A stretch of 64,000 bases of DNA, from the NCBI RefSeq assembly GCF_001194135.2, contig NC_069008.1, positions 12,576,412 through 12,640,411 on the forward strand, in the 5' to 3' direction. Below the pieces are notes generated by a model. That model worked only from the letters and a program-made list of their open reading frames with translations. It searched no databases and was not told the origin of the DNA. The translations under genes and the position numbers were made by a program. The stretch's first letter is position 1; every line of letters starts with the position of its first letter. Source of the stretch: Octopus bimaculoides. Taxonomy: Eukaryota. Below are positions 50,728-64,000 of the stretch, piece after piece.

Positions 50728-52599
50728 CTATCCTGTGTGAATACATTTGTGTTTAGTCAAGGAGCTCTTTACATAGAAAGATTTGCCACAGATGTCACAA
50801 TGATACGGTTTCTCTCCTGTGTGGATGCGTTTGTGAATAGTTACTTCACCACTTCGAAGGAATGATTTGCCACAGATATTACAGCAATACGGTCTTTCTC
50901 CTGTATGTATACGTTTGTGCTCAACCAGATGATGCTTTTGAGAGAATGATTTACCACAAATATTACAGCAATAAGGTCTCTCCCCTGTATGAATGCGTTT
51001 GTGCTTAGTTACGCTGCTGCTTACAGAGAATGATTTACCACAAATATCACAGCAATAAGGCTTCTCTCCTGTGTGAATACGTTTGTGATCAGTTACGTTG
51101 CTGCTTGCAGAGAATGATTTACCACAAATATCACAGCAATAAGGCTTCTCTCCCGTGTGAATACATTTGTGTGTCGTTAAGCTACTACTTCCAGTAAATG
51201 ATTTACCACAAACATCACACTGATATGGCTTCTCACCTGTATGTACACGTCTGTGTTTAGTTAACTTACAATTAAGAGAGAATGATTTGCCACAGATATC
51301 ACATTGATATGGTTTCTCTCCTGTGTGAATACGTTTGTGGATAGTTAAGCTGCTGCTTACAGAGAATAATTTTCCACAAATATCACAGCAATAAGGTTTC
51401 TCTCCTGTATGGATGCGTTTGTGTTTAATCAAGGAACTTTGTATACAGAAACATTTTCCACAAATGTTGCAATGATATGGTTTCTCTCCTGAGTGGATGT
51501 GTTTGTGAATAGTCACATCACCACGTCGAAGGAATGATTTGCCACAGATATTACAGCAATATGGTTTTTCTCCTGTATGTACATGTTTGTGGTCAATCAG
51601 ATGATGCTTTTCAGAGAATAATTTACCACAAATATCACAGCAATAAGGTTTCTCTCCCGTGTGAATACGTTTGTGTGTCGTTAAGCTTCCATTCTGAGAG
51701 AATGATTTACCACAAACATCACACTGATATGGCTTCTCTCCTGTATGAATACGTTTGTGTTCAGTTAGGTGTGGATTATGAGAGCACGATTTACCACAGA
51801 TATCACAATGATATAGCTTTTCTCCTGTATGTATACGTCTGTGTTTAGTTAAATTACAATTAAGAGAGAATGATTTGCCACAGATATCACATTGATATGG
51901 CTTCTCTCCCATGTGAATACGTTTGTGCTTAGTTAATTCGCTGCTTACAGAGAATGATTTACCACAAATATCACAGCAATAAGGTTTCTCTCCCGTGTGA
52001 ATACGTTTGTGCTTAGTTAATTCGCTGCTTATAGAGAATGATTTACCACAAATATCACAGCAATAAGGTTTCTCTCCTGTATGGATGCGTTTGTGAATAG
52101 TCACATCACCACGTCGAAGGAATGATTTCCCACAAACATCACAGTGATATGGTTTCTCTCCAGTATGACTTCTTATGTGTTCAGTTAAATGGTGATTTTG
52201 CAAGAATGATCTACCACAGATATTACAGTGATATGGTTTCTCTCCTGTATGAATACGTTTGTGTCTAGTTATGCTACTAGTTGCAGAGAACGATTTACCA
52301 CAGATATTACAACTAAATGGTTTCTGTTCTGTATGAATATATTTGTGTTTATTTAAGTAATCATTTAGAGAGAATGAACTACCACAGATATCACAGTGAT
52401 ATGGTTTCTCTCCTCTATGAACAATACGTTTGTGTCTGCTGAGGCTAGACTTATGAGCAAATGATTTACCACAGACATCACAATTATATGGTTCCTCTCC
52501 TGTATGAGTGTATTTGTGTGTTGTTAATGTACGACTGTTAGAGAATAATTTCCCACAAATATCATAGTGGTGTGGTGTTTTCGCTTTCTCTTTATTCAT
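50728..52599 (-). CDS. ZNF-7: C2H2 zinc-finger protein, 22 fingers (first has C>Y)
   Basis: ATG at 52599; exon begins at 52973 after ATTTCAG (AATAACAATTGG, as in ZNF-2); ZNF-2/3-type terminal fingers. Confidence 0.93.
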   Translation of the reverse strand: MNKEKAKTPHHYDICGKLFSNSRTLTTHKYTHTGEEPYNCDVCGKSFAHKSSLSRHKRIVHRGEKPYHCDICGSSFSLNDYLNKHKYIHTEQKPFSCNICGKSFSATSSITRHKRIHTGEKPYHCNICGRSFLQNHHLTEHIRSHTGEKPYHCDVCGKSFLRRGDVTIHKRIHTGEKPYCCDICGKSFSISSELTKHKRIHTGEKPYCCDICGKSFSVSSELTKHKRIHMGEKPYQCDICGKSFSLNCNLTKHRRIHTGEKLYHCDICGKSCSHNPHLTEHKRIHTGEKPYQCDVCGKSFSQNGSLTTHKRIHTGEKPYCCDICGKLFSEKHHLIDHKHVHTGEKPYCCNICGKSFLRRGDVTIHKHIHSGEKPYHCNICGKCFCIQSSLIKHKRIHTGEKPYCCDICGKLFSVSSSLTIHKRIHTGEKPYQCDICGKSFSLNCKLTKHRRVHTGEKPYQCDVCGKSFTGSSSLTTHKCIHTGEKPYCCDICGKSFSASSNVTDHKRIHTGEKPYCCDICGKSFSVSSSVTKHKRIHTGERPYCCNICGKSFSQKHHLVEHKRIHTGERPYCCNICGKSFLRSGEVTIHKRIHTGEKPYHCDICGKSFYVKSSLTKHKCIHTG

Positions 52600-53644
52600 A
52601 TCACTACACAAATCAATTCTTTTCAACTGTGTTTTATTTAAACTTATTCACACATCATTCAACTTCTATTCTTTTTCTTTTCTCATGACAATATAAAGAT
52701 GTTTATCTTCTTTACATTTCTATATTTTATTCCTTTTAAATATTTCATCTATGTGATTTTGGTCAGTACATGGATTGGGTTGTAAACTCGTTTTTAAATC
52801 TGTCCAAGTTTGATTCAAATGCAAAGTAATGTTGTTTACATTCCAGACAAAAGAATTATGGCTATCAGTCTCAATATGCAAGAAATATTTGCATGTTGTT
52901 TGGTATAGATTTGTATAAAATTTTCCTTGAAACTTGAAGATGTAAGAAAAATTTTTCGACACCAATTGTTATTCTGAAATAGAAAAACAACAGTATAAGA
53001 TACAGGGGTGACTTAAAATAAAAGCATGGAAATGTTTGTATATTTCAGATAGAGATAAACAGTAGAAATAAACATTTACTGGAACAACTGAACTGTTTCC
53101 CCCTATTTTCAAGATCTATATGGGATTGTAGATATGTGTGTGTGTAGTGGGCATCTGACTATAAAATTTGCCTCAACAAATTCCATGCAAAGATGGAAGA
53201 TTGGAAGGTAAATGATGATGATGATTGTAAAATAGTAAATAAATTTAAATATATTAAAATATAAAAGATAAATATTAGTTTAATATGAATTCATCTTTCA
53301 TGTTAAACAGATTATTGTTTGAATGGATTGAAAGAAAGCCTTCTTTTGGTGGTCTTTATCAATGGTAGCCTTTAGTCAATATCCAGTTGAATTAGGTGTC
53401 TGATGAAATGTCAGAAGACAACCATCTCACTTCACTTTTACACACATATATCATTTTATATGAGGATATATTCACGGTGATATGATAAGAATATAAATTT
53501 GCGAATTGAATGTATTGATTGTAATATGGAGTCCTATATTAATTTCAACAAGTTTAGAAGTGTTTTGGATGGGGAATATAAAAATCTATATATTGTAAGA
53601 CTCCCAATGGAATAATCATTACAATGTTAAATTTTTGTAAGACA

Positions 53645-54990
53645 ATATCATCATCATCATCATCACTAAACCTCTAATTTCTATGTTGGCATGAGCTGGC
53701 CACCATGTATCTCTTTTGACAGGTTGGCATGAGCTGGCCACCATGTATCTCTTTTGACAGGTTTTCTCTAACTAGAAGCCCTTCCAAATGCCAACCAACT
53801 GACACAGTGTATTGGAAGCTGTTTCAATGTGCCACTGGCATAGGCACCTACAAACCTGCAAGATTATAATCAATCACTTGGCTGAAAGAGGTATGTAGAG
53901 GACATACCTGTACCACAATTTTACTTAGTATCATGTGATTTCTCAAGCACAGCAAACTGCTAAAAGTCTCAGTCCTTTTCATCTTGTTTGTGAGGCCCAA
54001 CATCTGAAGATCCTTTCTCACCAATTTATCCCACGTCTTCCTGGGTCTACCTCTTCCACATATTGCCCCACAATTAGAGATCAGCACTTCTTGAGGCAGC
54101 TACCCTAATCACATGACCATGCCAGTGCAGTCTTCTCTAATACTACGTCTCATGCCTTGTATAAACAATTTTTCTCTCAAATCACTTACACTCTATCATA
54201 CATGCATACTGACATTATCCATCCAGTGAAGTATGCTGGTTTCATTTCTTTCAATCCTTTCCATGTCCTCAGAAATTGCAGTCCATGTCTCACTGCCATG
54301 TAGCATAGTGTTTGTAAACAAGCATCATACAATCTGCCTTTGTGTGAAGGTGGGGCCCTTTCTTATTAACAGAGGTAGAAGCTCTCTCGACTTTACCCCG
54401 GCCCACCTGACAAATGGAAACTATCTGCAACTGCTAAGGACTTCCTGGACATTTCACAGAGTCTATCTTCAATACATGCCTAGTGTTTAATATAACTGCA
54501 TATCTGCTATATACAAACGCAATTTTCTCTGTCAAGCTTCCTGTGATACCGCTGCACCTCTTACGTGTCCATAGCTTGCACTGGATACACTGTATGGAGT
54601 TTCTACTAACACCTTTTCTACATATCAAGCAGGGCCATCTACTTGAATGGATCAATGATTTCTCTCCTTTTCAACTTAAGATTTTGGTCTTTACTAAATT
54701 AACTCCAAAGCTCTTTGATTCCAGTTCTCTGGTGTTGCTAGTAATTCAGCAATAAGGACAAGGCCATCAACATAGAGGATCTCCCAAAGGAAATCTGTCT
54801 TGAATTCCTTTATGGCCTGGAGGACAATGATAAACAGGAGGGGCTTGAGAACTGATCTTTGGTGAACTCTTGTCTGTACATTAAATTTGTTGCTACATTC
54901 ATTGCCGACTTTTGCCTTAATGATAGCATCCTTGTACATGTCTTGTACAGCTCTTACCAACCACCTGTCTATCCCTAGCTTTCACATTGC
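53645..54990 (-). mobile_element. RTE LINE 3' portion with (TGA)n tail
   Basis: HQRSVLKPLLFIIVLQAI, WPCLICRKGVSRNSIQCIQCKLW, GRGRPRKTW, followed by the tail. Confidence 0.85.
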
Positions 54991-55019
54991 ATACCAGATA
55001 ACAGAATGGGGGAACCTTG

Positions 55020-56352
55020 ATTAAATTCAGCTCATTCTAATGACATCTTCCTGGGATGTCACCATCATCTTCATTTAACATTCACTTTTCTGTGCTTGCA
55101 TAGATGAAGCAGAATATGTTGAAGCATATTTCCTGTAGCTAGATGCCTCTTGTTGCTAACCCTATTTCCAGAGAAACCACTATTTCCCATGGCCTGACAT
55201 GTTTTTCCCAGAGGTTATTCTCATTTATTAGCATCACATAATGTCAAGACAAGAGTACACACGAGCACTGACGCGCGGACACACACACACATAACCATAA
55301 AAACCATGCCGAAATGGACCGCACTGATGCTGGTGCCATGTAAAAAGCACTCAGTCCTCTCTGATTCGCCAGAATCAGCACGAATGTTAGAGAAGGTTTC
55401 TGAGAGCAGGGACGAAGAAAAGCATCCAGTTATTTGTGATGAAAATTTTTGCTGAAGAGTTTAGAGAAGTTTCGATTTGTTTCCTCATAACTTTCTGAAA
55501 ACTGGATGTATGTTTGTTGAATGTATGCAATAGTACACCATCATTATGGTATACTAGGAAGATAGATTTACTGATTGAGTATATAAATAACCATTGAGAG
55601 TGTGAATCTTGGGGCACAGAGAGGTCATTTGACACCAAACACTATTATAAAATGCCTTGCCATCCATCCAACTTTGGACATAATTATCTTTAACATAATA
55701 CAATAAAGTGTCCTCTGAGGAATACATCTATATGCATTTAGAATACCTATCACATGGCTCCAAACAACCATAATGGTGAAACAAGGGTCAAAACTTGAAT
55801 ATAAATTCATGTTTATTCTTATTTCAGCCTCTCGGTATCTTGTGTAACAGAGGAAATCTTCAAATAATGGCATTGGATTGCTGGGAACTCCACTGTTTCC
55901 CTTGTGGTGACCCCAATTCAGGACAGTCATGCAGCCAATTGAGAACTAATGTTCTCCATAGGAGCAATAATGGATTCTCTTTCACCTGCACAGAATGGTC
56001 CCACAATCTAGGATGCCATCTGCCTGCACATGCTGGCCATTTTAGTAATTTGCATAAAGTTGGGATGCATCATTACTCATGTGGATTCCCAGATCACAAA
56101 CTGGGAATATAACCAATCAGCTTGCAGAAATATCGACACATGAAAATTTTCAGCCAATTCTGTGCAAATATGGTTTATAAAAGCAAAGTTCACCAGAATC
56201 AACAAAAACAACTCATTCTAATGACATCTTCCTGGAATGTCACCATCATCCTCATTTAACATTCACTTTTCTGTGCTTGCATAGATGAGGCAGAATATGT
56301 TGAAGCATATTTTCTGTGGCTAGATGCTTCTTGTTGCTAACCCTATTTCCAG
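55020..56352. repeat. About 140-bp direct repeats (about 55030-55175 and 56212-56352) around a 1-kb segment
   Basis: ctcattctaatgacatcttcc...gttgctaaccctatttccaga occurs twice with few mismatches. Confidence 0.75.
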
Positions 56353-57499
56353 ATACTTGGTTTCTGCGTGATCTGTGTTTAACAGAATTACTTTATCTTT
56401 AATGCACTTCTCCATGCATGTACCATGAACACTACTGGCAATCATCTATATAATTATGTAAATATTGTGATATATATAACAACTGTAATAATAAATGTTA
56501 TTTAAAACATGTTTAAATTAGTTTTATATGAGACAACACACAGGCTAAACAATATACCAATATATCAACATCCACATAACTTCTCTCCACATACTAAAAT
56601 TCACCTACGTCGATATTCACTCTACATACACATCTAGAATGAAATAGAATACATGTCTGCAAGGAAAATAAAGAGAGAGAGGAAATATTTTGTGGTTATA
56701 GACATAACATCCCTGTGGGATTAAAAAGAAGACTCATCGGACTTTTATAAAAGAGTAATGTGCCCTATGGAGAGAGTAGGAGGTCTTTAGAGTCTTGTCT
56801 GTTCGTAGTTGAAAGTTTACGTCTGTGAATACATTACTTTACTCCCTCTTAGTTAAAATCATATATCCACAACAAAAGGATATAAAAGAATATGTTGGGA
56901 AACAGACAGTTACACACTTCATACACAAAAACACAACATATACAGACACATTGCCATACACAAATATGTTTATACCAAAACGTGTATGTGGCCATATGTT
57001 TCTAACAATAATGATTCATGTAGCATATCGAACATCTAATGAAGAATCTACTTTGATTGATGATAGAAACATCTTATAGCAAATTTATTTTTTATCAAAA
57101 TTCACAATGTATATATCTACATTCTCATGACACAGATATGACTATATGTAGAGGAAGCAGTAGTTCTGTTCATCATCTTTATAATTTAATGTCACCAAAT
57201 TGTTTACAATAAATACAATGTGTGAGTCTATTGACAGTAAGGTGTGTTTCTGGTTGGAATCCCTAAGTTTCCTCTCCTGAAATTGCTTGGTTAAGAGTTC
57301 CTATGGGTACAAGAACAAGACCAAACACCTTGTAACTATGTTATGGTGCCATCCAGCATGTCATAGATGGTATTTAAGAACTCAAACGTGAATAAAACAA
57401 GATTCACATGCAGTTTGCTGTTGTAAAAGAAATTAAAGCAAATGGCAGAGAAACCAAAAATGACAACAGTGACATAACTTACATATATTTAATCGAAAT

Positions 57500-58008
57500 C
57501 AAACCAGATTCAACGACTGGCACCCATGCCAACCTTTCCTTCATTGAGAAGACCTGTTGGGGCAATCGAAATCGTAATTGAACCAAATTCAATGACTGGC
57601 ACCCGTGCCAGTGGAGCGCTAACAGCACCATCCAAGCATGATCATTGCCAGAGCAGCTGTCTGGCTTCCGTGCCGGTGGCACCATCTGAACGTGATCATT
57701 ACCAGCGTTGCTTTACTGGCACTTGTGCTGGTGGCACGTAAAAAAACATGAGTGAGGTCGTTGTCAGTAAAAAACACCATTTGAGCGTGGCCGTTGCCAG
57801 TACCGCCTGACTGGCCCTCGTGCCGGTGGCATGTAAAAGTACCCACTACATGCTCGGAGTGGTTGGCCTTAGGAAGTGCATCCAGCTGTAGAAACTCTGC
57901 CAGATCAGATTGGAGCCTGGTGTAGCCATCTGGTTCGCCAGTCCTCAGTCAAATTGTCCAACTCATGCTAGCATGGAAAGCGGACATTAAACGATGATGA
58001 TGATGATA
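57500..58008 (+). mobile_element. RTE-tailed element with expanded subrepeats
   Basis: Family motif and (GAT)n tail at about 57995. Confidence 0.7.
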
Positions 58009-58134
58009 TTTCATATAACATGAATGCCATACATACATTGATATACAATGAAAACAATCACATTTAGGGAAAAAGCTAATAGTTATTGATGCATGAAATG
58101 AAATTCATGGTTTCTAAATTTGTTTTGTTTGCAT

Positions 58135-59485
58135 TTAATGAGGTTGCAAAGAGAAAGACTTGGAGATGCCACTAGAAAAGGTTACTAAATGAAGAGAATG
58201 AATGGGAGAACGAGAGTCTGCCGAATGTTGACCCAACAGAGGGAAAAGCACAATTGATGCTATATTTCTGGCAAGACAGCTGCAGGAGAAATACCTAGCC
58301 AAAGATAAACCTCTGTACCTGGCTTTTGTTGACATGGAGAAAGCCTTTGACAGGGTCCCCTGATCCCTTATCTGGTGGTCACTGCAGAAACTAGGAATAG
58401 ATGAGTGATTAATGAGAGCTCCACAAGACATGTACAGGGATGCTGTCAGTAAGGTGAAGGTTGGCAACAAGTACAGTGAAAAATTCTTGGTAGGATCACT
58501 TCTCAGTCCCCTCTTATTCATCATAATCCTCCAGGCAATAACAGAGGAATTCAAGACAGGATGCCCTTGGGAGCTTTTCTATGCTGATGACCTTGCTCTA
58601 ATAACTGAGTCACTATCAGAAGTAGAGGAAAAGTTTTGGGTGTAGAAGCAAAGTCTAGAATCAAAGAGCCTTAAAGTCATTCTAGCAAAAACCAAAGTCT
58701 TAATAAGTAGAAAGGCAGACAAACCACAATTCCCCTCAGGTAGATGGCCCTGCTCAATCTGTAGAAAAGGCGTAGGTAGAAACTCCATAAGATGTAGCCA
58801 GTGTAAGCTATGGAAACATAAGAGGTGCAGCAATATCAAAGGAAGGCTAACTGGGAAGAGAGTTTTTGTATGTGGCAAAGGCTCAGGGGCAATAAACACT
58901 GAAGATGTGCAGAAAACAGCTTCCGTCACATTCCAGGGGGGAAAAACTACAAGTAGTTGATAGCTTCTGTTACCTAGGTGACCAAGTCAGGAGCAGGGGT
59001 GGATGTTCTGAGAGCATAGCTGCTAGAATAAGAATAGCCTGGGCAAAGTTCAGAGAGCTCCTATCGCTACTGACAACAAAGGGCAATAAACTGCGCTTGC
59101 AAAAACCTGTTGAGTCAAGTGAAGTTGTTGTTGTGGCTGATGACAAAACCGCCTGATTGACACCCGTGTTGGTGACATGTAAAAAAGTACCATTCATGTG
59201 TGGTTGACGCCAGTGCCGCCTGATTGGTCCTGTGCTGGTGATACATAAAAAGCACCGTTTGAGCGTGATTGTTGTCAGTGCTGCCTTAATGGCCCTCATG
59301 CCGGTGGCATGTAAAAAGCACCCACTACACTCTGAGTAGTTGGCATTAGGAAGGACATCCAGCTGTAGAAACTTTGCCAGATCAGATTGGAGCCTGGTGC
59401 AGCCTTCTGGTTTGCCAGCCCTGTCGAACCGTCCAACCCATGCCAGCATGGAAAGCGTACATTAAACGACAATGATGATGATGAC
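58135..59485 (+). mobile_element. RTE LINE ORF2 fragment plus 3' tail
   Basis: YLAFVDMEKAFDRVP, LSPLLFIIILQAITEEFKTGCPWELFYADDL, VDSFCYLGDQV; internal deletion, then the tail. Confidence 0.88.
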
Positions 59486-60039
59486 ACATGTTCAGAAAGA
59501 TATGATGTAAATAAGTCTTCACTAGTCCCACATTGCTGTCTGAATTTGTTCATAGCGAACATTCATTGCTTTTCAATAATCTGAATGGATGCTGTTGCAG
59601 TTTGGATCAAGAAAATTGAGTGAACAGTTGATAACTTCAACTGCACGTTAACCTAAAACAATCCCACAAACATCAAAAACAAGATGAAATGACTGTCACT
59701 TCATACTAGTCATCAGATATCTGGTACATATATCCCCTAGCATTTAATTAATGCAAAAAGTTGAATGAGACTGAAGGTTTATGAAAGCAAAATACTGTGA
59801 CATCATGAACACAATACAGAAAAATTAAAATTTCATTGTACAAAACAAATGATTCTTAAATCAATTTCACAATTTCCTCAGATCTCTCCCCCTTTCTCTA
59901 AAATTCATAAACATTTTCACCTTGTCTTATAACTTACATCTTTCTCACTTGTTATGTTTTTCCTCAGCAGTTAAGTCTTACAAGTCTCTCTCTGTCTCAC
60001 TAGTGTCTTCTTATTGCTATTTCTATTTTGTGAGGCAAA

Positions 60040-61076
60040 ACTGGTTATTTATTTGACCAACAGAAACTGCTTGCGATATCAACGAAACATTTAGTGAGGA
60101 AATAACCAGTGAATGGTCAGCTTGAAAATGGTTTAAATGATTTTGCAGTGGAGACCTGAACCTTGAAGATTGTGAGTGTAGTGGACACCCATCTGTCATC
60201 GATGACTATCAATTAAAAACCATCATTGAGAAAGATCCATGTAAAACCACTCGAGAACTGGCAAAAGAACTTCAAGTTAGCCAGAAAACTGCCTGCAACC
60301 ATTTGCATGCGATTGGAGAATCGAAAAAGCTTGACAAATGGGTACCACATGATGTGAATGAAAATCAGAAATTGCGCAGATATGAAATTTGTTTGTCGCT
60401 TCTTCTCTGTAACCAGACTGATCCAGTTCTCGACCATATTGTAACATGCAATGACATGTGGATTCTGTACAATAAGAAAAAACTTTCTTTGCAGTGGATG
60501 GACCAAAATGAAGCACCAAAAACCTTCCCTAAACCCAAGCTCTCCAAAAAGGTTATGATAACTGGTGGTGTACTCCACTGTAACTTCTTAAAACCAGGAA
60601 AACCATTACTGCAGAAACATATTGCCATGAAGTTGCCATAATGAATGAAAAACTGCTACTCCTTTATCCCAGACTGGTCAACAAAAGAGGGACAATCCCT
60701 CTTCATGACAATACTCAACCACATGTTACACTAATGACGCTCCAGAAGTTGAGGTAACTTGGCTACAAAGTTCTTCCCCACTCAGCTTATTCCCCAGACA
60801 TTTCTCCTACCGACTACCACTTTTTCAAGCACCTTGATGGTTTCCGGTAAGAGAAGGAGCTAAAAAATCAAACCTATGTTGAAAGTGCATTCAAAGAATT
60901 CATCAGCTTCAGAACTCCAGATTTTAATGTTACCAGAATAAACAAACTTGTAACTCGTTGCCAAAAATATGTTGATTGTAATAGCACTTACTTTGATGAA
61001 TAAAATTTCTGTATTGTTGAAATATATTGTAATGAATTTCATGTTTCAAAACGTTGTTTACTTTTTACTCAGCCTG

Positions 61077-61078
<2 letters not shown>
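60040..61078 (+). mobile_element. Degenerate mariner transposon
   Basis: KLDKWVPHDV, IVTCNDMWILYN, HSAYSPDISPTDYHFF motifs; frameshifts and stops. Confidence 0.82.
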
Positions 61079-61111
<33 letters not shown>

Positions 61112-61159
61112 TTATAAATACATGCACACATATCACTCAACACATTTACCTTTTGTTGT

Positions 61160-61746
61160 ATACTGATAATACACATCAAGACACTTTTGAGCCTTCACAT
61201 GTTCTCTGTAATTACAGCCCACATTTCACTACCAAGTAATATTGCTGTTTGTACACAAGCTTCATACCATTTACCTTTCACTTTGACGAAGAGATCCTTT
61301 GTTACCAACAAAAGTAGTAGCTCTTTCAACTTTGCTCAGCCATTTCTTATAAACATCAACTATGTTTACTGACCATCCTCCGCGTCTCATAACAAGGTCT
61401 CCTACATTAAAGAAACTATCTACAACACTAAGGTCCTTTCATTCCCGGCTTTGCTTCCTCACCTGATATTTCTTCTTATTTCATTATAGATTCAGCTATA
61501 AGAACAAGGTCATCAGCATAAAGAGGCTCCCACTGGAAATCAGTCTTAAACTCCTTTCTTATAGCGTTGTGAACTAAGATAAATAAGAAGGGCCTGAGAA
61601 CTGAGCCCTGGTGAACTTCTATCTGCCAACTAAATCTGTTGCTTTACACATTACTGAACTTCACCTTACTGACAGCACCACTGCACATGGCTTGGATGTT
61701 TCTCACCAGCCATCAGCTAGTCTTCAATTCAGCAGCAACCACCAGA
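61160..61746 (-). mobile_element. RTE fragment in ZNF-8 3' flank, split by a mariner
   Basis: AHQGSVLRPFLFI on the minus strand; homologous flank sequence resumes at about 62623. Confidence 0.7.
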
Positions 61747-62622
61747 TACAAAGTGATATCGAAAAGTTCATGAACTGGTTCTGTAGTGTGCTGCCAACAG
61801 AAGGTAGAACATAGTTGCGTGCACAGTGAGAGCTAGCAATGACCTTCATGAGATAGTGTTTCAAGTGACAATGCTGTGTTTACTTCGCAAGTTGTGAAAT
61901 TTGCATTTTCTTGTGATCACGTGCATGCTGTTGTCTGCAATTTTTATCACGGATAGGAAGTTGGAACAAAATGCAAATGTGAAATTTTGAGTTAAACTTG
62001 GGACATCTGCTACAGAGATATTGAGCATGCTTTGGAAAGCATATGGTGACAATGCAATGGATTGTATGCAATGTTTCAAATGGCAGAGGCATTTTAAAAG
62101 TGGAAGAATGTTTCTGGAAGACCTGCCGTAAGCTGCACCCCAGGAAATGTGGAGAAAATTCATCAGCTTGTGTATGAGGATTGTCAGACGACAATCAACA
62201 ACATTGCTGATGTTGTTGGTCTGTCGAATGGGTTCCTGCAGGCAGTCCTAACATCTGGATTCTTCATGAAGACAATGCAACAGATGAGTTACTCAACAAA
62301 AACAACATTGTATGGCTTCCACAAACCCCTTTTCGCCAGATTTAGCTCTTATGAAATTCCATCTCCTCCTCAAGATGAAAATGCATCTGAAAGGTCGCTG
62401 TTTTAACATCTTTGCCAAGATCCAGAGTGAATCACAGAAGGTCCTTGATTCACTTGCGGAAAACAACTTCCAGGCTGGATTCCAAAAGTGGCAGGAACAC
62501 TGGGACTGGTGTCTTGCTATGCACGGAGACTATTTCAAAGGAGATGATGTTAAATCTTAGGTAGATAACTTATTCTTTTATTAAACATAACTAGTCCGGC
62601 AACATTTTGATACCATTTTGTA
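61747..62622 (+). mobile_element. Internally deleted mariner element
   Basis: Imperfect TIRs (tacaaagtgatatcgaaaagttc / caacattttgataccattttgta) with TA ends; C-terminal FQAGFQKWQEHWDWCLAMHGDYFKGD. Confidence 0.78.
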
Positions 62623-63079
62623 TGAGACTATAGGATGCTGTCAAAGACTTTCTCCATGTTGACATATACAGAATATAAAACAGAAAAATAAAAATTAAGA
62701 AAAATAACTCAGAGAAGGTAGTAGAATGAATTTGGACAATAAAGGCAAATAAAATTATATTAAATAGCAAACAAGATGAATTCATGATTTATTGACACTA
62801 TCATTGAATGACTTGAAGTTTCACACTGATACTGTCACTGTAATATATGAATAGCAACATGTTTTGATAAGCGAACCCTTCAGGAGAATGATTTGCCACA
62901 GACATCACACTCATATGGTTTCTGACTTGTTCAAGAGAAAGATTTACCAAAGATATCACACTGATATCGCTTCTCTCTTGTGTGAATATATTTCTGTTTG
63001 GTTTAGTAACCACTTACAGAGAATGTGTTCAGTTAAATGAGCTTCAGGAGAAAGACTTACAGATATCACACTGGTATGG

Positions 63080-64000
63080 TTACTCCCCTGTGTGAATATG
63101 TTTGTGATTAATTAAGGAACTTACTACAGAGAAGCATTTCCCACAGATATCACACTGATAAGGTTTCTCTCCTGTGTGAATACGTATGTGAATAGTTAAA
63201 TCTCGACTTCGAAGGAATGATTTTCCACAGATAATACAGCGATGTGGTTTCTCTCCTGTATGAATCTGTTTGTGGTTAGTCAGGTTGTGATTTCGAGAAA
63301 ATGATTTACCACAGATATCACAGTGATATGGATTCTCTCCTGTGTGAACGCGCATGTGAATAGTCAAATCACCACTTCGAAGGAATGTTTTGCTACAGAT
63401 ATTACAACAAAATGGTTTCTCTCCTGTATGAATACGCTTGTGTGTGGTTAAATTGCCCCTTAAAGAGAATGATTTGCCGCAGATATCACAACGATATGGT
63501 TTCTCACCTGTATGAATACGTTTGTGGGTTATTAACTTACCATTTACAGAGAATGCTTTCCCACAATCACAGTGATATGGCTTCTCTCCAGTATGAGTTC
63601 GTTTGTGTTCAATTACACGTTGATTTTGAGAGAATGATTTACCACAAATATCACAATGATATGGCTTTTCTCCTGTATGAATACGTTTATGTACAGTTAA
63701 GCGAGGGTTATGAGAGAATGATTTACCACAGATATCACAGTGGTAAGGTTTCTGTCCTGTGTGGGTATACATGTGAACAGTTAATTCACCATTCTGAGAG
63801 AATGATTTACCACAGATATCACACTGATATGGTTTCTCTCCTGTGTGAATATGTCTGTGTGAGGATAACTCCCCAGTTTGAGAGAATGATTTACCACAGA
63901 TATCACACTGATAAGGTTTCTCACCTGTGTGAATACGTTTGTGTCTCGTTAACTTACCACTTTCAGAGAATGATCTGCCACAGATATCACAGTGATAAGG
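63080..64000 (-). CDS. ZNF-8: C2H2 zinc-finger protein, 5' part outside the window, at least 11 fingers
   Basis: Frame is open from 64000 ([20 protein letters not shown]...) into the tracked ORF; one finger has CxC spacing (HCDCGK). Confidence 0.88.
   Translation of the reverse strand, partial: PYHCDICGRSFSESGKLTRHKRIHTGEKPYQCDICGKSFSQTGELSSHRHIHTGEKPYQCDICGKSFSQNGELTVHMYTHTGQKPYHCDICGKSFSHNPRLTVHKRIHTGEKPYHCDICGKSFSQNQRVIEHKRTHTGEKPYHCDCGKAFSVNGKLITHKRIHTGEKPYRCDICGKSFSLRGNLTTHKRIHTGEKPFCCNICSKTFLRSGDLTIHMRVHTGENPYHCDICGKSFSRNHNLTNHKQIHTGEKPHRCIICGKSFLRSRDLTIHIRIHTGEKPYQCDICGKCFSVVSSLINHKHIHTGE

Noticed and set aside
60040-62622. Intact or domesticated mariner (SETMAR-like) gene
   Set aside because: Multiple frameshifts, stops and deletions, and no SET domain.
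63080-63772. ZNF-8 as a short 230-aa gene or frameshifted copy
   Set aside because: The frame is open to the window edge; the tracked start is only an internal Met.

Overview
Eukaryotic, AT-rich, repeat-dense draft-assembly DNA with 10 N-gaps. The finger style and SINE/RTE repeat content fit an octopus (cephalopod) C2H2 zinc-finger gene cluster; the species call is inference. The window holds seven open polydactyl C2H2 reading frames and one 5'-truncated pseudogene: four on + (ZNF-1 to 4, 2-30.6 kb) and four on - (ZNF-5, psiZNF-6, ZNF-7, ZNF-8, 42-64 kb), converging across a transposon-filled gap. Each coding region lies in one exon, has only about 9-12 residues before finger 1 (no KRAB/SCAN/BTB/ZAD domain), and ends at a stop in or just after a TGEKP linker, followed by decayed fingers. 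Several genes share a small upstream exon ending ATAACAG|GTAAGA and a downstream RTE fragment, which outlines the duplicated unit. The spacers contain RTE, CRE-like and Penelope-like retroelement relics, four tRNA-headed SINE families, and mariner, Tc1, piggyBac, hAT-like and Merlin DNA transposon relics. Strongest leads: ZNF-4/ZNF-5 share a near-identical 5' cassette but different finger arrays; finger blocks are shared between distant genes; a SINE is fused in frame to a finger array at a 6-bp microhomology; TTAGGG-containing inverted-repeat elements sit near three gene 5' ends; and an inverted octamer+CCAAT module lies beside a CpG-rich region. No prokaryotic system or CRISPR array is present. 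ZNF-1 to 8 are my positional labels; many TE boundaries are approximate.
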